From: Eledone cirrhosa
Lineage: Eukaryota
NCBI GenBank assembly: GCA_964016885.1
Contig: OZ024749.1
Coordinates: 14,570,001-14,634,000, forward strand
Reading direction: 5' to 3'
Length of the DNA stretch: 64,000 nt
The translations under genes were made by a program, and so were the position numbers. A model generated the notes under the pieces. The model did no database searches and was not told where the DNA came from. It saw only the letters and a list, made by a program, of their open reading frames with translations. This document shows positions 1 through 12,000 of the stretch, one piece after another (the stretch's first letter is position 1; the number at the start of each line of letters is the position of its first letter).

Positions 1-3000
1 GCTTGGTGGTTAGAAGGTGCAGGGCTGGTGGTTAGAGGGTGCACGGCTTGGTGGTTAGAAGGTGCAGGGCTGGTGGTTAGAAGGTGCAGGGCTGGTGGTT
101 AGAAGTTGCAGGGCTGGTGGTTAGAAGGTTCAAGGCTCGGTTGTTAGGTGTATGGCTTGGTGGTTAGAAGGTGTATGGCTTGGTGGTTAGAGGGTGTATG
201 GCTTGGTGGTTAGAAGGTGCAGGGCTGGGGGTTAGAAGGTGCATGGCTTGGTGGTTAGAAGGTGCAGGGCTGGTGGTTAGAGGGTGCAGGGCTTGGTGGT
301 TAGAAGGTGCAGGGTTGGTTGTTAGAGGGTGCAGGGCTTGGTGGTTAGAAGGTGCAGAGCTTGGTGGTTAGAAGGTGCAGGGCTGGTGGTTAGAAGGTGT
401 ATGGCTTGGTGGTTAGAAGGTGCAGGGCTGGTGGTTAGAATGTGCAGGGCTGGTGGTGAGAGGGTGTATGTCTTGGTGGTTAGAAGGTGCAGGGCTGGTG
501 GTTAGAGGGTGTATGTCTTGGTGGTTAGAAGGTGCAGGGCTGGTGGTTAGACGGTGCATGGCTTGGTGGTTAGAGGGTGTATGGCTTGGTGGTTAGAAGG
601 TGCAGGGCTGGTGGTTAGAGGGTGTATGGCTTGGTGGTTAGATGTATGGCTTGGTGGTTAGGTGTATGGCTTGTTGGTTAGAAGGTGCAGGGCTGGTGGT
701 TAGAAGGTATATGGCTTGGTGGTTAGAAGGTGTATGGCTTGGTGGTTAGAAGGTGCAGGGCTGGTGGTTAGAAGGTGCAGGGCTGGTGGTTAGAAGGTGT
801 ATGGCTTGGTGGTTAGAAGGTGTATGGCTTGGTGGTTAGAAGGTGCAGGGCTTGGTGGTTAGAAGGTGCAGGGCTGGTGGTTAGAAGGTATATGGCTTGG
901 TGGTTAGAAGGTGTATGGCTTGGTGGTTAGAAGGTGCAGGGCTGGTGGTTAGAAGGTGTATGGCTTGGTGGTGAGAAGGTGTATGGCTTGGTGGTTAGAA
1001 GGTGCAGGGCTGGTGGTTAGAAGGTGTAGGGCTTGGTGGTTAGAAGCTGTATGGCTTGGTGGTTAGAAGGTGCAGGGCTGGTGGTTAGAAGGTGCATGGT
1101 TTGGTGGTTAGAAGGTGTATTGCTTGGTGGTTAGAGGGTGCTGGGCTGGTGGTTAGAGGGTGTATGGCTTGGTGGTTAGAAGGTGCAGGGCTGGTGGTTA
1201 GAAGGTGTATGTCTTGGTGGTTAGGTGTATGGCTTGGTGGTTAGAAGGTGCAGGGCTGGTGGTTAGGTGTATGGCTTGGTGGTTAGAAGATGTATGGCTT
1301 GGTGGTTAGAAGGTGCAGGGCTGGTGATTAGAAGGTGCATGGTTTGGTGGTTAGAGGGTGTATTGCTTGGTGGTTAGAGGGTGCTGGGCTGGTGGTTAGA
1401 GGGTGTATGGCTTGGTGGTTAGAAGGTGTATGTCTTGGTGGTTAGAAGGTGTATGGCTTGGTGGTTAGAAGGTGTTTGGCTTGGTGGTTAGAAGGTGCAA
1501 GGCTGTTGGTTAGAGGGTGTATGGCTTGGTGGTTAGGTGTATGGCTTCGTGGTTAGAGGGTGCAGGGCTGGTGGTTAGAAGGTGTATGGCTTGGTGGTTA
1601 GAAGGTGTATGGCTTGGTGGTTAGAAGGTGCAGGGCTGGTGATTAGAGGGTGTATGGCTTGGTGGTTAGAAGGTGCAGGGCTGGTGGTTAGAAGGTGTAT
1701 GGCTTGGTGGTTAGAAGGTGCAGGGCTTGGTGGTTAGGTGTATGGCTTGGTGGTTAGAAGATGCAGGGCTGGTGGTTAGAGGGTGTATGGCTTGGTGGTT
1801 AGAAGGTGTATGGCTTGGTGGTTAGAAGGTGCAGGGCTGGTGGTTAGAGGGTGTATGGCTTGGTGGTTAGAGGGTGCAGGGCTGGTGGTCAGAAGGTGTA
1901 TGGCTTGGTGGTTAGAAGGTGCAGGGCTGGTGGTTAGAAGGTGTATGGCTTGGTGGTTAGAAGGTGTATGGCTTGGTGGTTAGAAGGTGCAGGGCTGGTG
2001 GTTAGAGGGTGTATGGCTTGGTGGTTAGAAGGTGTATGGCTTGGTGGTTAGAAGGTGTATGGTTTGGTGGTTAGAAGGTGCAGGGCTGGTGGTTAGAGGG
2101 TGTATGGCTTGGTGGTTAGGTGTATGGCTTGGTGGTTATAAGGTGTATGGCTTGGTGGTTAGAAGGTGCAGGGCTGGTGATTAGAGGGTGTATGGCTTGG
2201 TGGTTAGAAGGTGCAGGGCTTGTGGTTAGAAGGTATATGTCTTGGTGGTTACAAGGTGTATGGCTTGGTGGTTAGAAATTGCAGGGCTGGTGGTTAGAGG
2301 GTGTATGGCTTGGTGGTTAGGTGTATGGCTTGGTGGTTAGAGGGTGCAGGGCTGGTGGTTAGGTGTATGGCTTGGTGGTTAGAAGGTGTATGGCTTGGTG
2401 GTTAGAAGGTGCAGGGCTGGTGATTAGAGGGTGTATGGCTTGGTGGTTAGAAGGTGCAGGGCTGGTGGTTAGAAGGTGTATGGCTTGGTGGTTAGAAGGT
2501 GCAGGGCTTGGTGGTTAGAAGGTGTATGGCTTGGTGGTTAGAAGATGCAGGGCTGGTGGTTAGAGGGTGTATGGCTTGGTGGTTAGGTGTATGGCTTGGT
2601 GGTTAGAAGGTGCAGGGCTGGTGGTTAGAGGGTGTATGGCTTGGTGGTTAGAGGGTGCAGGGCTGATGGTCAGAAGGTGTATGGCTTGGTGGTTAGAAGG
2701 TGCAGGGCTGGTGGTTAGAGGGTGCAGGGCTGGTGCTTAGAGGGTGTATGGCTTGGTGGTTAGAAGGTGCAGGGCTGGTGGTTAGGTGTATGGCTTGGTG
2801 GTTAGAAGGTGTATGGCTTGGTGGTTAGAAGGTGCAGGGCTGGTGGTTAGAGGGTGTATGGCTTGGTGGTTAGAAGGTGTATGGCTTGGTGGTTAGAAGG
2901 TGTATGGTTTGGTGGTTAGAAGGTGCAAGGCTGGTGGTTAGAGGGTGTATGGCTTGGTGGTTAGAAGGTGTATGGCTTGGTGGTTATAAGGTGTATGGCT

Positions 3001-6000
3001 TGGTGGTTAGAAGGTGCAGGGCTGGTGATTAGAGGGTGTATGGGTTGGTGGTTAGAAGGTGCAGGGCTTGTGGTTAGAAGGTATATGGCTTGGTGGTTTC
3101 AAGGTGTATGGCTTGGTGGTTAGAAGGTGCAGGGCTGGTGGTTAGAGGGTGTATGGCTTGGTGGTTAGAAGGTGCAGGGCTGGTGGTTAGAAGGTGTCTG
3201 GCTTGGTGGTTAGATGGTGTATGGCTTGGTGGTTAGAAGGTGTAGGGCTGGTGGTTAGAGGGTGTATGGCTTGGTGGTTAGAAGGTGCAGGGCTGGTGGT
3301 TAGAAGGTGCATGGTTTGGTGGTTAGAGGGTGTATGGCTTGGTGGTTAGAAGGTGTATGGCTTGGTGGTTAGGTGTATGGCTTGGTGGTTAGAATGTGCA
3401 GGGCTGGTGGTTAGAAGGTGCAGGGCTGGTGGTTAGAAGGTGCATGGCTTGGTTTGGTAGAAGGTGTATGGCTTGGTAGTTAGAAGGTGCATGGCTTGGT
3501 GGTTAGAAGGTGCAGGGCTGGTGGTTAGAGGATGTATGGCTTGGTGGTTAAAAGGTGCATGGCTAGGTGGTTAGAAGGTGCATGGTTTGGTGGTTAGATG
3601 GTGTATGGCTTGGTGGTTAGAAGGTGCAGGGCTGGTGGTTAGAAGGTGCATGGCTTGATGGTTAGAAGGTGCAGAGCTGGTGGTTAGAAGGTGTATGGCT
3701 TGGTGTTTAGGTGTATGGCTTGGTGGTTAGAAGGTGCAGGGCTGGTGGTTAGAAGGTGCATGGCTGGTGGTTAGGTGTATGGCTTGATGGTTAGAAGGTG
3801 TATGGCTTGGTGGTTAGAAGGTGTATGGCTTGGTGGTTAGGTGTATGGCTTGGTGGTTAGAAGGTGCAGGGCTTGGTGGTTAGGTGTATGGCTTGGTGGT
3901 TAGGTGTATGGCTTGCTGGTTAGGTGTATGGCTTGATGGTTAGAAGGTGTATGGCTTGGTGGTTAAAAGGTGTATGGCTTGGTGGTTAGGTGTATGGCTT
4001 GGTGGTTAGGTGTATGGCTTGGTGGTTAGGTGTATGGCTTGATGGTTAGAAGGTGCAGGGCTGGTGGTTAGAAGGTGTATGTCTTGGTGGTTAGAAGGTG
4101 CATGGCTGGTGGTTAGAAGGTGTATGGCTTGATGGTTAGAAGGTGTATGGCTTGGTGGTTAGGTGTATGGCTTGGTGGTTAGAAGGTGTATGTCTTGGTG
4201 GTTAGGTGTATGGCTTGCTGGTTAGGTGTATGGCTTGATGGTTAGAAGGTGTATGGCTTGGTGGTTAGAAGGTGTATGGCTTGGTGGTTAGGTGTATGGC
4301 TTGGTGGTTAGAAGGTGCAGGGCTTGGTTGTTAGAGGGTGCAGGGCTTGGTGGTTAGAAGGTGCAGGGCTGGTGGTTAGAAGGTGTATGGCTTGGTGGTT
4401 AGAAGGTGCAGGGCTGGTGGTTAGAGGGTGCATGGCTTGGTGGTTAGAAGGTGCATGGCTTGGTGGTTAGAAGGTGCAGGGCTGGTGGTGAAAGGGTGTA
4501 TGTCTTGGTGGTTAGAAGGTGCAGGGCTGGTGGTTAGAGGGTGTATGTCTTGGTGGTTAGAAGGTGCAGGGCTGGTGGTTAGAAGGTGCATGGCTTGCTG
4601 GTTAGAAGGTGCTGGGCTGGTGGTTAGACGGTGTATGGCTTGGTGGTTAGAAGGTGTATGGCTTGGTGGTTAGAAGGTGCAGGGCTGGTGGTTAGAGGGT
4701 TTATGGCGTGGTGGTTAGAAGGTGCAGGGCTGGTGGTTAGAAGGTTCAGGGCTCGGTTGTTAGGTGTATGGCTTGGTGGTTAGAAGGTGTATGGCTTGGT
4801 GGTTAGAGGGTGTATGGCTTGGTGGTTAGAAGGTGCAGGGCTGGGGGTTAGAAGGTGCATGGCTTGGTGGTTAGAAGGTGCAGGGCTGGTGGTTAGAGGG
4901 TGCAGGGCTTGGTGATTAGAAGGTGCAGGGCTGGTTGTTAGAGGGTGCAGGGCTTGGTGGTTAGAAGGTGCAGGGCTGGTGGTTAGATCCTGTATGGCTT
5001 GGTGGTTAGAAGGTGTATGGCTTGGTGGTTAGAAGGTGCATGGCTTGGCGGTTAGAAGGTGCAGGGCTGGTGGTTAGAAGGTGCAGGGCTTGGTGGTTAG
5101 AAGGTGCAGAGCTTGGTGGTTAGAAGGTGCAGGGCTGGTGGTTAGAAGGTGTATGGCTTGGTGGTTAGAAGGTGCAGGGCTGGTGGTTAGAATGTGCAGG
5201 GCTGGTGGTGAGAGGGTGTATGTCTTGGTGGTTAGAAGGTGCAGGGCTGGTGGTTAGAGGGTGTATGGCTTGGTGGTTAGAAGGTGCAGGGCTGGTGGTT
5301 AGAAGGTGTATGGCTTGGTGGTTAGGTGTATGGCTTGGTGGTTAGGTGTATGGCTTGGTGGTTAGAAGGTGCAGGGCTGGTGGTTAGAAGGTATATGGCT
5401 TGGTGGTTAGGTGTATGGCTTGGTGGTTAGAAGGTGTATGGCTTGGTGGTTAGAAGGTGCAGGGCTGGTGGTTAGAAGGTGCAGGGCTGGTGGTTAGAAG
5501 GTGTATGGCTTGGTGGTTAGAAGGTGTATGGCTTGGTGGTTAGAAGGTGCAGGGCTTGGTGGTTAGAAGGTATATGGCTTGGTGGTTAGAAGGTATATGG
5601 CTTGGTGGTTAGAAGGTGTATGGCTTGGTGGTTAGAAGGTGTATGGCTTGGTGGTTAGAAGGTGCAGGATTTGGTGGTTAGAAGGTGCAGGGCTGGTGGT
5701 TAGAAGGTATATGGCTTGGTGGTTAGAAGGTGTATGGCTTGGTGGTTAGAAGGTGCAGGGCTGGTGGTTAGAAGGTGTATGGCTTGGTGGTGAGAAGGTG
5801 TATGGCTTGGTGGTTAGAAGGTGCAGGGCTGGTGGTTAGAAGGTGTATGGCTTGGTGGTTAGAAGCTGTATGGCTTGGTGGTTAGAAGGTGCAGGGCTGG
5901 TGGTTAGAAGGTGCATGGTTTGGTGGTTAGAGGGTGTATTGCTTGGTGGTTAGAGGGTGCTGGGCTGGTGGTTAGAAGGTGCAGGGCTGGTGGTTAGAAG

Positions 6001-9000
6001 GTGTATGTCTTGGTGGTTAGGTGTATGGCTTGGTGGTTAGAAGGTGCAGGGCTGGTGGTTGGAAGGTGCATGGTTTGGTGGTTAGAGGGTGTATTGCTTG
6101 GTGGTTAGAGGGTACTGGGCTGGTGGTTAGAGGGTGTATGGCTTGGTGGTTAGAAGGTGCAGGGCTGGTGGTTAGGTGTATGTCTTGGTGGTTAGAAGGT
6201 GTATGGCTTGGTGGTTAGAAGGTGTTTGGCTTGGTGGTTAGAAGGTGCAGGGCTGTTGGTTAGAGGGTGTATGGCTTGGTGGTTAGGTGTATGGCTTGGT
6301 GGTTAGAAGGTGTATGGCTTGGTGGTTAGAAGGTGTATGGCTTGGTGGTTAGAAGGTGCAGGGCTGGTGATTAGAGGGTGTATGGCTTGGTGGTTAGGTG
6401 TATGGCTTGGTGGTTAGAAGGTGCAGGGCTTGGTGGTTAGAAGGTGTATGGCTTGGTGGTTAGAAGATGCAGGGCTGGTGGTTAGAGGGTGCAGGGCTGG
6501 TGGTCAGAAGGTGTATGGCTTGGTCGTTAGAAGGTGCAGGGCTGGTGGTTAAAAGGTGTATGGCTTGGTGGTTAGAAGGTGTATGGCTTGGTGGTTAGAA
6601 GGTGCAGGGCTGGTGCTGAGAGGGTGTATGGCTTGGTGGTTAGGTGTATGGCTTGGTGGTTAGAAGGTGCAGGGCTGGTGGGTGGTTAGAGGGTGTATGG
6701 CTTGGTGGTTAGAAGGTGTATGGCTTGGTGGTTAGAAGGTGTATGGCTTGGTGGTTAGAAGGTGTAGGGCTGGTGGTTAGAGGGTGTATGGCTTGGTTGT
6801 TAGAAGGTGCAGGGCTGGCTGTTAGAAGATGCATGGCTTGGTGGTTAGAGGGTGTATGGCTTGGTGGTTAGAAGGTGCAGGGCTTGGTGGTTAGAAGGTG
6901 TATGGCTTGGTGGTTAGAAGGTGTATGGCTTGGTGGTTAGGTGTATGGCTTACTGGTTAGGTGTATGGCTTGATGGTTAGGTGTATGGCTTGGTGGTTAG
7001 AAGGTGTATGGCTTGGTGGTTAGGTGTATGGCTTGGTGGTTAGAAGGTGCAGGGCTTGGTGGTTAGGTGTATGGCTTGGTGGTTAGAAGGTGTATGTCTT
7101 GGTGGTTAGGTGTATGGCTTACTGGTTAGGTGTATGGCTTGATGGTTAGGTGTATGGCTTGGTGGTTAGAAGGTGTATGGCTTGGTGGTTAGGTGTATGG
7201 CTTGGTGGTTAGAAGGTGCAGGGCTTGGTGGTTAGGTGTATGGCTTGGTGGTTAGAAGGTGTATGTCTTGGTGGTTAGGTGTATGGCTTGCTGGTTAGGT
7301 GTATGGCTTGATGGTTAGGTGTATGGCTTGGTGGTTAAAAGGTGTATGGCTTGGTGGTTAGGTGTATGGCTTGGTGGTTAGGTGTATGGCTTGGTGGTTA
7401 GGTGTATGGCTTGGTGGTTAGAAGGTGCAGGGCTGGTGGTTAGAAGGTGTATGTCTTGGTGGTTAGAAGGTGCATGGCTGGTGGTTAGAAGGTGTATGGC
7501 TTGATGGTTAGAAGGTGTATGGCTTGGTGGTTAGAAGGTGTATGTCATGGTAGTTAGAAGGTGCATGGCTTGGTGGTTAGAAGGTGTATGGCTTGGTGGT
7601 TAGAAGGTGTATGGCTTGGTGGTTAGAAGGTGTATGGCTTGGTGGTTAGGTGTATGGTTTGGTGGTTAGAAAGTGTATGGCTTGGTTGTTAGAAGGTGCA
7701 GGGCTGGCTGTTAGAAGGTGCATGGCTTGGTGGTTAGAGGGTGTATGGCTTGGTGGTTAGAAGGTGCAGGGCTTGGTGGTTAGAAGGTGTATGGCTTGGT
7801 GGTTAGAAGGTGTATGGCTTGGTGGTTAGGTGTATGGCTTGGTTGTTAGAAGGTGTATGGCTTGGTGGTTAGAAGGTGAAGGGCTTGGTGCTTAGAAGGT
7901 GCATGGCTTTGTGGTTAGAAGGTGCATGGCTGGTGGTTATGTGTATGGCTTGGTGGTTAGAAGGTGTATGGCTTGGTGGTTAGAAGGTGCAGGGCTGGTG
8001 GTTAGGTGTATGGCTTGGTGGTTAGAAGGTGCAGGGCTGGTGGTTAGAAGGTGCATGGCTTGGTTTGGTAGAAGGTGTATGGCTTGGTAGTTAGAAGGTG
8101 CATGGCTTGGTGGTTAGAAGGTGCAGGGCTGGTGGTTAGAGGATGTATGGCTTGGTGGTTAAAAGGTGCATGGCTAGGTGGTTAGAAGGTGCATGGCTTG
8201 GTGGTTAGAAGGTGTATGGCTTGGTGGTTAGAAGGTGCAGGGCTGGTGGTTAGAAGGTGCATGGCTTGGTGGTTAGAAGGTGCAGAGCTGGTGGTTAGAA
8301 GGTGTATGGCTTGGTGGTTAGAAGGTGAAGGGCTGGTGGTTAGAAGGTGTATGGCTTGGTGGTTAGAAGGTGCAGGGCTGGTGGTTAGAAGGTGCAGGGG
8401 TGGTGGTTAGAAGGTGCATAGCTTGGTGGTTAGAAGGTGCAGGGCTGGTGATTAGAGGGTGCAGGGCTTGGTGGTTAGAAGGTGCAGGGCTGGTGGTTAG
8501 AGGGTGCAGGGCTTGGTAGTTAGAAGGTGCAGGGCTGGTGGTTAGAAGGTGCAGGGCTGGTGGATAGAAGTTGCATGGCTTGGTGGTTAGAAGGTGCAGG
8601 GCTGGTGGTTAGAAGGTGCAGGGCTGGTGGTTAGAGGGTGCAGGGCTTGGTTGTTAGAGGGTGCAGGGCTTGGTGGTTAGAAGGTGCAGGGCTGGTGGTT
8701 AGAAGGTGTATGGCTTGGTGGTTAGAAGGTGCAGGGCTGGTGGTTAGAGGGTGCATGGCTTGGTGGTTAGAAGGTGCATGGCTTGGTGGTTAGAAGGTGC
8801 AGGGCTGGTGGTGAGAGGGTGTATGTCTTGGTGGTTAGAAGGTGCAGGGCTGGTGGTTAGAGGGTGTATGTCTTGGTGGTTAGAAGGTGCAGGGCTGGTG
8901 GTTAGAAGGTGCATGGCTTGCTGGTTAGAAGGTGCTGGGCTGGTGGTTAGACGGTGTATGGCTTGGTGGTTAGAAGGTGTATGGCTTGGTGGTTAGAAGG

Positions 9001-12000
9001 TGCAGGGCTGGTGGTTAGAGGGTTTATGGCGTGGTGGTTAGAAGGTGCAGGGCTGGTGGTTAGAAGGTTCAGGGCTCGGTTGTTAGGTGTATGGCTTGGT
9101 GGTTAGAAGGTGTATGGCCTGGTGGTTAGAGGGTGTATGGCTTGGTGGTTAGAAGGTGCAGGGCTGGGGTTAGAAGGTGCATGGCTTGGTGGTTAGAAGG
9201 TGCAGGGCTGGTGGTTAGAGGGTGCAGGGCTTGGTGATTAGAAGGTGCAGGGCTGGTTGTTAGAGGGTGCAGGGCTTGGTGGTTAGAAGGTGCAGGGCTG
9301 GTGGTTAGATCCTGTATGGCTTGGTGGTTAGAAGGTGTATGGCTTGGTGGTTAGAAGGTGCATGGCTTGGCGGTTAGAAGGTGCAGGGCTGGTGGTTAGA
9401 AGGTGCAGGGCTTGGTGGTTAGAAGGTGCAGAGCTTGGTGGTTAGAAGGTGCAGGGCTGGTGGTTAGAAGGTGGATGGCTTGGTGGTTAGAAGGTGCAGG
9501 GCTGGTGGTTAGAATGTGCAGGGCTGGTGGTGAGAGGGTGTATGTCTTGGTGGTTAGAAGGTGCAGGGCTGGTGGTTAGAGGGTGTATGGCTTGGTGGTT
9601 AGAAGGTGCAGGGCTGGTGGTTAGAAGGTGTATTGCTTGGTGGTTAGGTGTATGGCTTGGTGGTTAGAAGGTGTATGGCTTGGTGGTTAGAAGGTGCAGG
9701 GCTGGTGGTTAGAAGGTATATGGCTTGGTGGTTAGGTGTATGGCTTGGTGGTTAGAAGGTGTATGGCTTGGTGGTTAGAAGGTGCAGGGCTGGTGGTTAG
9801 AAGGTGCAGGGCTGGTGGTTAGAAGGTGTATGGCTTGGTGGTTAGAAGGTGTATGGCTTGGTGGTTAGAAGGTGCAGGGCTTGGTGGTTAGAAGGTGCAG
9901 GGTTGGTGGTTAGAAGGTATATGGCTTGGTGGTTAGAAGGTGTATGGCTTGGTGGTTAGAAGGTGTATGGCTTGGTGGTTAGAAGGTGCAGGATTTGGTG
10001 GTTAGAAGGTGCAGGGCTGGTGGTTAGAAGGTATATGGCTTGGTGGTTAGAAGGTGTATGGCTTGGTGGTTAGAAGGTGCAGGGCTGGTGGTTAGAAGGT
10101 GTATGGCTTGGTGGTGAGAAGGTGTATGGCTTGGTGGGTAGAAGGTGCAGGGCTGGTGGTTAGAAGGTGTATGGCTTGGTGGTTAGAAGCTGTATGGCTT
10201 GGTGGTTAGAAGGTGCAGGGCTGGTGGTTAGAAGGTGCATGGTTTGGTGGTTAGAGGGTGTATTGCTTGGTGGTTAGAGGGTGCTGGGCTGGTGGTTAGA
10301 AGGTGCAGGGCTGGTGGTTAGAAGGTGTATGTCTTGGTGGTTAGGTGTATGGCTTGGTGGTTAGAAGGTGCAGGGCTGGTGGTTAGGTGTATGGCTTGGT
10401 GGTTAGAAGGTGCAGGGCTGGTGGTTGGAAGGTGCATGGTTTGGTGGTTAGAGGGTGTATTGCTTGGTGGTTAGAGGGTACTGGGCTGGTGGTTAGAGGG
10501 TGTATGGCTTGGTGGTTAGAAGGTGCAGGGCTGGTGGTTAGGTGTATGTCTTGGTGGTTAGAAGGTGTATGGCTTGGTGGTTAGAAGGTGTTTGGCTTGG
10601 TGGTTAGAAGGTGCAGGGCTGTTGGTTAGAGGGTGTATGGCTTGGTGGTTAGGTGTATGGCTTGGTGGTTAGAAGGTGTATGGCTTGGTGGTTAGAAGGT
10701 GTATGGCTTGGTGGTTAGAAGGTGCAGGGCTGGTGATTAGAGGGTGTATGGCTTGGTGGTTAGGTGTATGGCTTGGTGGTTAGAAGGTGCAGGGCTTGGT
10801 GGTTAGAAGGTGTATGGCTTGGTGGTTAGAAGATGCAGGGCTGGTGGTTAGAGGGTGCAGGGCTGGTGGTCAGAAGGTGTATGGCTTGGTGGTTAGAAGG
10901 TGCAGGGCTGGTGGTTAAAAGGTGTATGGCTTGGTGGTTAGGTGTATGGCTTGGTGGTTAGAAGGTGCAGGGCTGGTGCTGAGAGGGTGTATGGCTTGGT
11001 GGTTAGGTGTATGGCTTGGTGGTTAGAAGGTGCAGGGCTGGTGGGTGGTTAGAGGGTGTATGGCTTGGTGGTTAGAAGGTGTATGGCTTGGTGGTTATAA
11101 GGTGTATGGCTTGGTGGTTAGAAGGTGCAGGGCTGGTGGTTAGAGGGTGTATGGCTTGGTGGTTAGAAGGTGCAGGGCTGGTGGTTAGAAGGTGTCTGGC
11201 TTGGTGGTTAGAAGGTGTATGGCTTGGTGGTTAGAAGGTGTAGGGCTGGTGGTTAGAGGGTGTATGGCTTGGTGGTTAGAAGGTGCAGGGCTGGTGGTTA
11301 GAAGGTGCATGGTTTGGTGGTTAGAGGGTGTATGGCTTGGTGGTTAGGTGTATGGCTTGGTGGTTAGGTGTATGGCTTGGTGGTTAGAATGTGCAGGGCT
11401 GGTGGTTAGAAGGTGCAGGGCTGGTGGTTAGAAGGTGCATGGCTGGTGGTTAGGTGTATGGCTTGATGGTTAGAAGGTGTATGGCTTGATGGTTAGAAGG
11501 TGTATGGCTTGGTGGTTAGAAGGTGTATGGCTTGGTGGTTAGAAGGTGTATGGCTTGGTGGTTAGGTGTATGGCTTGGTGGTTAGAAGGTGCAGGGCTTG
11601 GTGGTTAGGTGTATGGCTTGGTGGTTAGAAGGTGTATGGCTTGGTGGTTAAAAGGTGTATGGCTTGCTGGTTAGGTGTATGGCTTGGTGGTGAGGTGTAT
11701 GGCTTGGTGGTTAGAAGGTGCAGGGCTGGTGGTTAGAAGGTGTATGTCTTGGTGGTTAGAAGGTGCATGGCTGGTGGTTAGAAGGTGTATGGCTTGGTGG
11801 TTAGAAGGTGTATGGCTTGGTGGTTAGAAGGTGTATGTCATGGTAGTTAGAAGGTGCATGGCTTGGTGGTTAGGTGTATGGCTTGGTGGTTAGAAGGTGT
11901 ATGGTTTGGTGGTTAGAAAGTGTATGGCTTGGTTGTTAGAAGGTGCAGGGCTGGCTGTTAGAAGGTGCATGGCTTGGTGGTTAGAGGGTGTATGGCTTGG